This document shows positions 13,912-25,199 of a stretch of DNA of 64,000 nucleotides, piece by piece. The stretch lies in NCBI GenBank assembly GCA_046563655.1, contig CM102285.1:14198001-14262000 (forward strand). The letters are read 5' to 3'. The notes beneath the pieces are model-generated. The model was not told the DNA's origin. It saw only the letters and a list, made by a program, of their open reading frames with translations, and did not search any database. The position numbers were made by a program, and so were the translations under genes. The DNA comes from Yuukianura sp. NJ FZ-2021. Lineage: Eukaryota. The stretch's first letter is position 1; the number at the start of each line of letters is the position of its first letter.

Positions 13912-14639
13912 ACTTTCGGTTATGAGTTTTGAAATAAAGGCTCTGTACATCCTGGAAAGAGATGAATGAGCATTTCCTCCCGGGTTAAGTTTCCTATTAC
14001 CAATTTCCAGTGCAGCCTAACCCCCCCCCCCTCAGGATGGCTGGGGTTAACTCTCTATGGACTATGCAATATGGACGTAGAGTGAAAGTTGGCTTTCTCC
14101 GTTGCATGAGCTTCGACTAACAGGCTGGATGCGGAAGCGAGTGGATATTAATGGACCAAGTGGAATCCCTTCCTAAGCCACCCAAGTGTGTCACTCCTAA
14201 TTACCATTTCGGTGGGGCCGCTTGGTGGGAGGGAGTGACAGGAATGTGCCACTTTCTCTCTTTTCAAACTTGCCCCACCACCAATCTCTTTTTTTAAATC
14301 CGGCCAAAAAGACAAAAGCCGTCATCCGTTTTTCTTTTCATAATGAGAGAGCGACAAAGTGCTGAAACGACAGAGGCGGAGGAGGCTGCCATCTGGAGAG
14401 GATTTATGGCCTCTCTGCCTGCTTATCATCAAAAGTCAGTTAGTAAGCATTCCAGTGCTGACGAAGCTTAAAACTCCCAACTCACAAATCCACTAAATCC
14501 CAAAAATCTCAATCCACCCTTCTCCCGGGAGACTCGTCGTCAAAAAATCCAATGTCAACTTTCCCAGCAGACTTTCACTCGCTTTATTCTGACATTCTTT
14601 GATTTAAGATCTTGCGATATGCAACTTCTACCCAATCCA

Positions 14640-15095
14640 ATATACAGTTAACACAACATAACACATAGCAACATATCACATCATCTTGGTCACAACATAC
14701 CGCAACAAAGCACTCCACAACATAATCACAGCATACCACATCAAGAGACATCACAACATACCACACCAGAATACATCACAACATGCCAAGTGGAAACACA
14801 TCGCAACATGCCAAGTGGAAACACATCGCAACATGCCACAAGAAATCACATCACAGCCAGCACATGACGACATGCCAGATGAAAACGCATCGCAACACAC
14901 CACATGAAATCACATCATAACACATCACGACATGCCAAATGGAAAACACATCGCAACATGCCACATGAAATCATGAAATCACATCACGACATACCACATG
15001 AAATCACATCACGACATACCACGTGAAATCACATCACGGCATACCACATGAAAACACATACCAACATACAAAGCAACATACCACAACATAAGATA
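14640..15095. repeat. Degenerate satellite with 5-bp periodicity and a ~25-bp higher-order unit (ACATCACGACATACCACATGAAATC)
   Basis: Directly visible tandem units. The two ORFs called here are repeat artefacts. Confidence 0.85.
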
Positions 15096-18000
15096 ACGTA
15101 AAATGGCAAAATTAAAAATGAGAAATTTTTGGGAAAAAAAAAACAGAGTCGTTTTGGCGCTGAAAAATGGGTAGGCTACACTTTTCCTCTGAATAGCGGA
15201 TCAAAGGAATTTAGCTTCCCGTTTTCTGTACAAACCAAAGGATGCTGCGCAATATTCTGTGAAAGTGGTAAAAGTGGGAGCAGTAAAAGCTGGTTGTTTT
15301 TGGAAAGTGAAATTAGAACAGAATTGGGTACGTCGTTTGGCTTTCTCTTTTAAGTGATATTCCAGCAGCCACTGGAAACCCATAGAAGATGATTCCTGAA
15401 TTTTCCTTTTTCCAGAAACCAGTACTTTTTCGTATCGCCAGAATCACTGGAGTAGCTTTAACTGCTTAGATCTTAAAATGAAATCACTTTTGTACGAAAC
15501 GAAAAGGTTCCACTGTTGGAAAAGGTTCCTCCAAGTGCTACTGCTGAGTTCCATTACAGCCCATTTGATGTCAACCCCCTTTGGAGTGTAATTAATTTAA
15601 CCAATGCTCACTCACTCGGAATTATGATTATTCCACTACCACTTTCTCCCCTCCACTCCAACTTCCAATCATAACAATAAAATTACTCTTAAGCTCTCTT
15701 CTGTGCTTTCTCTTTTTAGGTTTTAGCCTAACCCTAACCTAATCCTTAGCCTAACGATAACCTAACCCCCTTCTCTCCCTCAAACTTAAACTTCCCGCTC
15801 AAATGCTTTCTCTCCTCAGCCTTGCCAACTTTCTCCACAAAAATTTTTTCTCCCGCCAAAACTTGTTGACTCGAGTGGCGTCCAGTGAAGCAGCGTAAAC
15901 TTGCCAGTTGATGTTCTCCGGATCGTAATTCGAGCCTCTTGGCTTTCTCCACAATAAATTAGCTCTCCGGGTTGCGTTCGATCTCGGAACGACTAAAATT
16001 CTGGTTGGAAATAATACCAACAGTCTATTAGGTTTACTCAAGATCCTACTACTGCTTGTGCAGGAGAATAATTGGAGTGAATGGGCAATAAAAAGTGAAA
16101 AGGAATCAAGGGAATCCGATCATTAGAGAAGAGAGGTGAGGACTTTCTCTTTTTTTGCTAATAATGGCCCTCAAGATTTCTTCCTCCATTTGGCAGTAAC
16201 CTAATGGAAACCTAACGTAATGGAAGTCAGGTCATGTAAAAATGGAGGTCATAAAGGGAAGTCCTTTGGATTGGGAAGAGAAAGGAGTTTATGGAGGCAA
16301 AGCCTTTAATTGCACAAGGAATCCCAATTTATGGGAATCTTTGCCTGATGACGACAGGAAGAAATTAGAGTTTGGGAAGTTTAGAGTCGTGCACCTTCCG
16401 TCTTATCGCCTTCCATCAACACGTTTTCTCCCTTTAACTTTCCCTGGAGAGACAAACTGACAATTCGGCCATCCCGGGGACTTTTATACAGGAAAAGTGT
16501 TAAGATGGACGACCTAACACTGGAATAATCGCTTCTAACACGCACTAAAACTTGCTCTGGACGCTCCTCTATTCTGTAAAGTACTAAAAAAATAAAGTAC
16601 TAAAAGTAATAGGTGATCAGATCAGTTTAGTCGTGCCAAAAGGTGTTTGTGAATTGCAACTTTCACAGTAAAAACATGATCCACTTTCTCCAAGAATTTG
16701 ATTTTTAAAACTTTTTTGTTTCATAATTTCTGCAGATTTTGTAAATCCAACCGGATTTTAAGAAATTTCAAAAAACGGGAGGTTTTCATTGAATTCAAAA
16801 CGTTTAGGACATTTTCAAAAAAAAACGGAGAAAGTCAAAATCCTGAAATCATCTTAGTTTTTTTCTGACGAAAAGTTCTATTGTCATGCTCATCTTAGAC
16901 AGTACAAGGCTGCTACTTTTTTTTTGAAAAGCGAGGAGAAATTGGTGAAAGACATTTTTTTTTGAAATTTAGTTTTTCGAACTGTATTTTTTGAAAACAA
17001 GAATCAAAGAGTTCGTCAGCAGTGGCAAGAGTGGAACAAAAAAGAAAAGGAAATTGTTATCCTTTCAACAACGACTTGTGCTTTCTCCCCCTTTCACAAT
17101 AAATTATTATAATTTCTTTTCCTCCCATTTCATTTTCAGTTTTCAAAAAAACTGTAGTTACTCCCTCCAAAAGTTCAAACTGAAAAACATTAGCAGTAGC
17201 TCAACTCTACTCATAGCAATTCCACACCCTCCATTTCATTTCAAAACTTTTTCTTGTAAAATAAAAGAACATTTCAAAAATTCAAAGAAAATTTTCTAAT
17301 TTCCGTTGATTCATTTGATCAATTCCGACAACAATTGAATCAATCGTCTTATGCTAAGGCAAATTTTTCAAGTAACGAAAAAAGGAAACGGAGCTCGTTT
17401 AGTTTCAAAAAACATGAAAAAAAAACTCGTTCTTTGAGAAGCGTAACTAAAGCAATCCCATAAACATTTTTCTCGCTGTTTTTACTATACTGCTGCTCTC
17501 GTTCCATCGCTGCAGCATAAAAAGAGTTAAGGCTTATTGCATAGTTTCTGGAAATTCCAGCACTACAAAAAATCCGTGAGGAGTGAAAGTGTTGAAGTTT
17601 TTAAGGGAGAAGAGAAAGTGGGATTCTTGCATTTTGAACAACTTTTTTAAAGAATAAAATTTGAACAGAGACTAGAAGCGGAGGTTGTACTTTGTCAAGA
17701 TGCAATTTCCTACACATAAAACTTTATTCTGGAACTTTGAAAGCGACGGTTACTGTGTTTCCCGCCTTTTTTTAACGTTTTAATTCAAATGTTAAAACAT
17801 CGCAACAAGAATACTATCAGCCCTGACCCAGATTCCTACATTTTTTTAACTTTCTTTTGAAATTTAATGGTCCCTCACCATTGCGAAATGACCCCCTGCA
17901 AAAATGTCAACAAGTGACCAAAAGTATACGATACTGTAAAATATAATATTTTATAAGATTATATAATATTATAGATGTATTGGTCCAATCTAGCTGGAGA

Positions 18001-18102
18001 AAACTTTGATGACTTTGTGATCTTTGTATGAGTGAACCAAACCACAATCTGTTGTACCCACATAGTATAAATGCCACCACGCTTTCCTTAATCGCTTAAT
18101 AG

Positions 18103-18233
18103 TACCCTATTTATCGGCTTATAACGCGCACGTTGTCTGCCGTTTTCGGTCCCAATTCCGCCTTATTGTAAAGATTTGAAGTTATCAGTGCGCGTTACAC
18201 GAGAGTGCGTGTTATATGCGTCTAACTATGATA
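18103..18233. mobile_element. Degenerate Tc1/mariner (pogo/Tigger-type) MITE
   Basis: TA-CCCTATTTATCGGCTTATAACGCGCAC ... GTGCGTGTTATATGCGTCTAACTATGA-TA: TA flanks and imperfect TIRs with a doubled subterminal GTGCG.GTTA motif. Confidence 0.55.
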
Positions 18234-18729
18234 CCAATTCTGGAGTTACAAAATAAAGAAAACCACAATAACCATGTGATTGTAACCACTCGTGTTACAT
18301 ACTTTCAGTGGATACAGAATACAAAAAGCGTGGTTACACTTCGTGGGTACAACAGATGCAGAAGTTGCCATTGCTAGCCAGCTAGTAGTACAAGCACTGC
18401 ACAGAGGCGCCGCCAAGGACTTCCAGTAATGTCTCTAAGACAGGAGTCTTCACAATTACAAAATTAAACCGCAATGGGATACCAATTGCCGAAAGAAAAA
18501 AAAACTGGTTGAACTTGGGAGCAGTGACGTAATTCCGTCATAGTTGGCTGAATCCTGGACGGCAGTTATGAAATTAATATCAGCGGTCACTGCAATTCAG
18601 TCTTTCTTCCTGGCCGCTACTCCTCATCTTATCTGGTGAACTCTAACTCTCGCCTTACTCTCTTTATTCTGAAAAGAATAATTCAAATTATTTTCAAATA
18701 ATTAAAAATATTTTAAAATAGTATAAATT

Positions 18730-18877
18730 CAAGGTTCCTTGACAACGAAAAGTTGTTGTTTTGTTTGTTTTTCGTTAACAGGTTGGGTACTACCTCGTGT
18801 TTTTACAAGTGACTTAATACCCAACCTGTTAACGGAAAACAAACAAACCAACAACTTTCCGTTGTCAAGGAACCTTG
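18730..18877. mobile_element. Almost fully palindromic 148-bp MITE (CAAGG...CCTTG family), about 30 bp upstream of the copy-1 ATG
   Basis: TIR CAAGGTTCCTTGACAACG / CGTTGTCAAGGAACCTTG; exact 9-bp flanks GTATAAATT (18721-18729 and 18878-18886); absent at the homologous site of copy 2. Confidence 0.85.
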
Positions 18878-18907
18878 GTATAAATTATAATTTGTGGTGT
18901 GTCAGAA

Positions 18908-20767
18908 ATGGATTCTGTTGCTGTAAGTGTAAAACTTTTGTCAAGCTGGGACACACGGACAAATACCAACCATATTTTTTTACTAGTATTCATCTCTTAG
19001 TTTGCATTTTTCGGAGATATTCATCTCATTTGGCAACATTTGTAGCCATTCGAACTTAGAAAAATCCAAAGCGACAACATAAGTAGCCTCATAGTGTCGT
19101 CACCCATTCTAAGAAATATCTATTCTATCTATATCTAAGACGTTGGACCAGAATTTTATTTTGGTTACGAGCTAAATCCATCCAAAAATGCAAGTTTTGT
19201 GGTATCGCACCGTCAGGACCAAAAAGTTTCGAAATGAGAGGTTTTACTGTAACAAATTATTCTTTTTGCAGAAATTCCTTGTTGCTTCAGTGAAATGGCG
19301 AAACTTGGCTCGAAAGCGTAATGCGGAACTGTACAACGCAACTCGTGGAGTTTGCGAAGCTCATTACCGTGAACTTTTTCCAACATTGGAAACGAAACTG
19401 GCTTCGAAAGAAAATTGTTTGATTTTGGATCATGGTTCGGGTTGTGGTTCGACTGCATTTGAGTTCATACTTCCATTGGCTCAAAAATGGAACTCCAAAA
19501 TTATTGGACTCGACAATTCTCCTTCTATGACCGAATTTGCACGCGAAAAATACCCGCATGAAAAAATCCAATATGTTACCGGAGAGATCACTTCTGCCGA
19601 ATCCCCAGTTAAGGATCTAAAGTTTGACATCATCTTTTCCCTCTACACGCTTCACATGGTGGATAACTACAAGTATGACATGATTTCAAATTCGAATTTA
19701 AAAATTTAACATTTTTGGAAAATTTTGTAAGTAATTTATTTTAGAAAGGAGTTGAAGGCCTTGCATGACCTGCTGTCGGATGACGGAGAAATATTCCAGG
19801 TTATTGTGGTCCATACACCGTTTTTCGGTTTGTTTCAAAAGCTAATGGATCATGAACTCTGGGGAGAAACGGCCAAAGTTAGTCCAAACAACTTGATGTG
19901 AAATGTGGTTCCATGCAATATGGTCAAAAACAATTTGGTCAAACAGTGAGACGCTCAAACATTTTTTTAAAGAAAACTCAGCCTAGCCAAACCTAATCTA
20001 CTTTTTGTAATGGATATTTTCACTTTTTGACCTTTTCAGCTTTTGATTAAATTGTTTTGATGACTTCACCTGAATCGGTGAAATATAGAGGATATACGCA
20101 TTAAGAGTTTTAAAAATTCGGAAATATTTTAGTGTAAATTAATAAATTGAACTTACTTTGAATATATTTTGTACATTACAGGAGCATTTGGTTGTGCCCG
20201 AGTGGTCTTTAACGCATGAGAATGAAGAACAGATTCTCAAAAATGGCTTCGAAAATGCTGGTTTTGTTATTCAAAGTTGCAGCAGAGAGGAGCGGACTCA
20301 TGCGTACCAAAACGTGGACCAATGGTCAGGTACGATGACGTATGAAATAGGTGTTCTATGCAATAAGGTCAAAAACAATTTGGTCAAAAATTGAGACGAT
20401 TAAAAAATCTAACCAATTTTTTTTGTAACGTTTGGTTGGGCGTTAGTATTTTTTACTTTTTGACTATTTTTACTTTTTCAAACGGTCAAATAATTTTGAT
20501 GGGTTTACCTAAAAACAGTTTCTATAGACAAATTAAATTGCACTTTAATTTTTAAATTAATTTACAGATTTCGCGTTTGCTCTTAACTCATTTGCAAAAC
20601 TGCTACCGGAAAATGAGTGCGAAGATTTACAAGCGCTGTATCGTAAATACTTCAGAGAGACAGAAACAAAAACATATGACCCAAAAATTGGAGCCGAGAA
20701 TGCTGCTGAAAAGTATATTCTGCACTTCGAAGTTCTGAATGTACTGGCAAAACGTAAACAAAAATAG
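18908..20767 (+). CDS. Class I SAM-dependent methyltransferase, juvenile hormone acid O-methyltransferase (JHAMT)-like, copy 1; join(18908..18922,19272..19672,19745..19877,20182..20329,20568..20767), 298 aa
   Basis: Motif I ILDHGSGCG, post-I IIGLDNS, and FDIIFSLYTLHMV. All four introns are GT-AG and in phase. Exon 1-4 lengths match copy 2 exactly. Confidence 0.85.
19907..20070. mobile_element. MITE-like repeat family (GGTT.ATG.AATATGGTCAAAAACAATTTGGTC) in intron 3; related copies at ~20350-20509, ~22720-22900, ~23218-23340 and inverted at ~62497-62666
   Basis: The same end sequence and internal GGTCAAAA/TTTTGACC inverted motifs occur at five sites. TSDs were not resolved. Confidence 0.65.
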
Positions 20768-21016
20768 ACATCAAGCTACTGTATTTACAGTACGTTATGC
20801 CTCTGCAATGTAATGTACTTGATAAAACTTAATATTCGGTTGTTACTGCTCAAAAATGAAAAATGCTTATTTGAACAATCAAAATTAATATGGAATGCTT
20901 TACCTGCCTAATAATCTAAAATTACTTTATTGGTATGTCGTCCAGTTAGTTCGAGTGCTGCCCAAAAAGGCGCCGCCAAGGATTTCCCAGTAATGTCATA
21001 AGAAATGAGTTGCGGT

Positions 21017-21295
21017 CAGTGTTCCCAGTTTCATTCATTGGACATTCTGGTCGTCCGCCCGAAAACGTCTTTTGGACATTTCGGTCCAAACACTTTCAGT
21101 CGACCGAAATGACCAAAACTAATTTCAACTCTACAGGAGGCGCGGGAGATTTGAAAATTTGGGAGGCGTGGCCAGTTTTGGCACACGGCGCATGTTCATA
21201 CCGTGTATGCATTTTGGTCGGACATTTCGGTCATTTGATTCGTTTCAGACATTTCAGACCAAAATTTGAAAAAGTGACCGAAACTGGGAACACTG
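21017..21295. mobile_element. hAT-type MITE, 279 bp, upstream of methyltransferase copy 2
   Basis: Perfect 16-bp TIR CAGTGTTCCCAGTTTC / GAAACTGGGAACACTG; exact 8-bp TSD GTTGCGGT (21009-21016 and 21296-21303); absent from copy 1. Confidence 0.9.
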
Positions 21296-21607
21296 GTTGC
21301 GGTCTTCACAATTAAGAAACCACAAATTAGAAGGGAATGATATACCAATTGATGAAATTAAAAAAAGGTAGGGTTGGACTTGGGAGTAGCGTAATTCCGT
21401 CATAATTGGCTGAACCTTGGACGGCAGCTTTGACAGAAAGTCAGCGGTCACTGCAATTCTATTGTTCGTCCTGGCTGTTACTCCTCATCTTACTGTATTT
21501 AAACTGCAACTCGCCTTACTGTATTTACACTTAAAACAATACAAATTATTTTAAGATCATACAAATTATTTTTAATAGTGTAAGTTGTCATTGCTGATGT
21601 ATCAAAA

Positions 21608-23627
21608 ATGGATTCTGTTGCGGTAAGTGGTTAAACTTTTCTCAATCAGGTACATACCGACAAACGCTCACCATATTTTTTTGGTATTACAATAGATACA
21701 GTAGAACATCTCATTGCACAACACAATCTTGATTTGTTGGATTGAAAAAGAGTTTTGGTTAAGGTAAGGTTTAACGACCGTCGTTGTTGTCGCACAGTGT
21801 AGCCACTCCGGCTATGTTGTGTGGTTACAAGTGGCAACATTTGGAGCCATTCAAACTTAGAAAAATGTAATCTAAAGTGGCAACATAAGTAGCCTCGTAG
21901 TGTCGCCACCCATTCTAAGACATACGATACGTTGGACCAGCGTTTTATTTTAGTTACGAGCTAAATCCATCCAAAAATTTCAGTTTTGCGGTATCGCACC
22001 GTCCGGAGATGTGGACCAAAAAGTTTCGAATTGAGAGGTTTTACTGTAACAAATTATTCTTTTTGCAGAAATTCCTTGTTGCTTCAGTAAAATGGCGAAA
22101 CTTGGCTCGAAAGCGTAATCCGGAACTGTACAACGCAACTCGTGGAGTTTGCGAAGCTCATTACCGTGAACTTTTTCCAACATTGGAAACGAAACTGGCT
22201 TCGAAAGAAAATTGTTTGATTTTGGATCATGGTTCGGGTTGTGGTTCGACCGCAGTTGATTTCATACTTCCATTGGCTCAAAAATGGAACTGCAAAATTA
22301 TTGGACTCGACAATTCTCCTTCTATGACCGAATTTGCACGCGAAAAATACCCGCATGAAAAAATCCAATATGTTTCCGGAGAGATCACTTCTCCCGAATC
22401 CCCAGTTAAGGATCTAAAGTTTGACATCATCTTTTCCCTGTACACGCTTCACTGGGTCGATGACTACAAGTACGACACGATTTTAAATTCCAACTTAAAA
22501 ATTTAACATTTTTAGAAAACTTTGAATAAGTAGTGATTTATAATTTTAGAAAGGAGTTGAAGGCTTTGCATGACCTACTTTCTGATGACGGGGAAATATT
22601 CATGGTCATTAAGGTTCATACACCGTTTTTCGGTTTGTTTCAAAAGCTAATGGATCATGAACTCTGGGGAGAAACGGCCAAAGTTAGTCCAAACAAACTT
22701 TGATGTGAAATATGGTTTTGGTTTGATGTAATATGATCAAAAACAATTTGGTCCAAAAGTGAAGAGGTCAAAAAGTGAGTAGTTCGAATATAAGAAACCC
22801 CAGCCTAGCCAAACCTTATTTACGATTTGTAGAGATTAGAATTTTTACTTTTTGACCTATTGACTTTTTATTGATCAAATTATTTCGATCATTTCACTTG
22901 AATCGGTGAAATATAGAGGTTATATGCATTAGGGGTTGTAAAAATTCGGAAATATTTGAGTGTAAATTAATAAATTGAACTTATTTTGAGTATATTTTAT
23001 TATAAAAGTTATTGTATTATTATATAGTTATTATTTTTACATTACAGGAACATTTGGTTGTGCCCGAATGGGCTCGGACGCGTGAAAATGCAGAACAGAT
23101 TCTCAAAAATGGCTTCGAAGATGCTGGATTGTCTATTCAAAATTGCAGCCGAGAGGAACGCACTCATGTGTTCCAAGACGTGGACCAATGGTCAGGTGCG
23201 TTGACGTATGAAATATAGGTCCAATGTAATATGATCAAAAACAATTTGTTCAAATAAAGATGAAAAAAAGGCTTGCCTATTTCTTTTCCGTAACGGTAGA
23301 CATTTCCACTTTTTGATCAAATTATTTGGACCGATTTACCTCCTGCGCAAGGGTGTATAGTTTAAGTTGAAACTAATTAAATGGAATTTTTATTTTTTGT
23401 AACTTTTTTTTTATTTTACAGATTTTGCATTTTCCCTTAACTCATTTGCAAAACTGCTACCGGAAAATGAGTGCGAAGACTTGCAAACGATGTATCGTAA
23501 CTATTTCAGAGAGACAGAAACAAAAACATATGACCCAAAAACTCAAGGCAAGAATGGTGCTGAAAAGTATATTTTGCACTATGAAGTTCTCAATGTACTG
23601 GCAAAACGTCAACAAAAAGAGGCATAA
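21608..23627 (+). CDS. JHAMT-like SAM-dependent methyltransferase, copy 2; join(21608..21622,22069..22469,22550..22682,23048..23195,23422..23627), 300 aa
   Basis: Same motifs as copy 1 but with FSLYTLHWV, close to the JHAMT-type S.Y.LHWV motif. Introns are GT-AG and in phase. Confidence 0.85.
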
Positions 23628-24951
23628 AGTTACTGCATTTACAGTTACGCTTAATAAAACTTAATATTCGCTCACTGCTTAAAAATGAAAACTTCTCTGA
23701 AACAATCAAAGTCCACATTTATTGTTATACATCTTCGCAGTAATTTGAAATTACTTTGTTGGTAGTTTTGTTGTTGACATAGTTGAGTTGAACTTTTTGT
23801 TACTAGTTCTCACCTATACTAATTTTTGGTCATGTGACCCAGTTGTAAGGTATTGAGTTATTGCAATCTAGAAAGGTAATGGGCGTTTGTTGATACGGCC
23901 TGTTCCACCCATAAATCTTAGTGTAGAGTGAGCATAATGGTTCATGTTTAATTGCTTTTACTTTCTCCTTATGATCTTATCAAACACAGTAGTCCTAAGT
24001 CCATGTTTTTTGAAATTAAGTTTCCCGCGCAGTTTGGTTTGGTGTAATTATAGGATGGAGGGACCTTAATTGAATGTCAATAGAAACGGAACTACCCGGG
24101 TAGCGAGCTTATGCTTACAAAAAAAGTTTTTGAAAAAGGCCGGTTGCATGTTGTCGACTTTTCATTACGCTCTCCTTTGACTTTCACTTTATAATTAAGG
24201 AAATGAAAGTTTGTGTGAGTAGTAGTACCAGGGAGAGACATGGAACGGGGTTAAACTTTGATAAAAAGCCCGGGTATTTTTGAAAAGTCAACATTTTGAA
24301 AAAAGATGAAGGGAGGAACATGAGTGGAGGGGCGAGTTGTGTTTAGTTTTCCCCAGGGAGAGGTAACAGGTAGGACGGAGCCAAGTTATGGCAATTTCAC
24401 TCTTACTTTCACAACTTTCACTTTTCCGCTCTTTCCACCAACACCTAACATTCCTTAACCTTACGCCTACGTTAACTTACATTCCTAAACCTAATGTTAG
24501 GCTAAAATAGCATAACCTTAGACTAGAATTACCGAAATGAAACGGTAACGTGAAAATCAGAATCGGTACTTTGCATTCCGTTTGTAGTTGTCCCGGAACT
24601 TGTGTTTTCTCCTTGAGTGCTTTCTCCTCTTGCCGCACTAATAACAAATCCTCTTTATTTTCTACGGTACAAAAGTGGCGGGAAAGTTTCAAGTGCGGTT
24701 ACAGTGACCGCTTCGGTAATTTCCTATTTGTATGGATGGACATTTCCAGCATTGCGCGTGACCTCCTGAGGTCACCAGGTGGAGACAAATGGAAACGGAA
24801 TCAAGATGCTATTTCCAGAACCAGCTTTACAAAGATTTCAGCGTTCAGCGAACCAGTTCCAGCCTCATTCGACCGGAAAATAACGATACTGCAGCGATAC
24901 AAAAAAAATTGAAATTCTACACAAAACGAGAAAAAAAATTTCGGACCGAAG

Positions 24952-25199
24952 CAAGGTTCCTTGACAACCGAATTGTATTTCTACAATAGGTTGTCTAACC
25001 TCGGGATTTTCAAAAACCTCGAAAACATAATTTTTTCTCTCCAATTTTCCTCCAATTTCAACTATATAAAATGTAAATAAATAACATAGAAAGCTACATG
25101 CAGGAGCGAATTTTTTACGAATTTTTTAACAATTCTCAAAACATTCAGTTATTGGACAACCTTGTGTAAAAAAACGTTTTTGTTTGTTGGCGGACCTTG
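24952..25199. mobile_element. MITE of the CAAGG...CCTTG family with asymmetric ends
   Basis: Left end CAAGGTTCCTTGACAACCGAATTG; right end ...GGACAACCTTG...GGCGGACCTTG; flanks GACCGAAG / GAGCGAAG (8 bp, one mismatch). Confidence 0.7.

Larger units (their letters stand above)
18370..23764 (+). repeat. Head-to-tail tandem duplication (unit 1 ~18370-20935, unit 2 ~20936-23764), one methyltransferase gene per unit
   Basis: Homology runs from the upstream AGGCGCCGCCAAGGA.TT.CAGTAATGTC block through all exons and introns to the downstream AAATTACTTT.TTGGTA. Confidence 0.9.

Noticed and set aside
387..17299. Dozens of 60-177 aa ORFs in the first 18 kb (e.g. 1044-1451, 2451-2906, 3802-4335, 8919-9407)
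   Set aside because: No recognisable domains, Phe/Lys-rich composition from A/T runs, many non-ATG starts, and no consistent splice chain. ORF 1044-1451 runs through a MITE.
18908..23627. Horizontal transfer origin of the methyltransferases
   Set aside because: Four spliceosomal introns and arthropod JHAMT-like motifs; nothing in the sequence points to a bacterial or fungal source.
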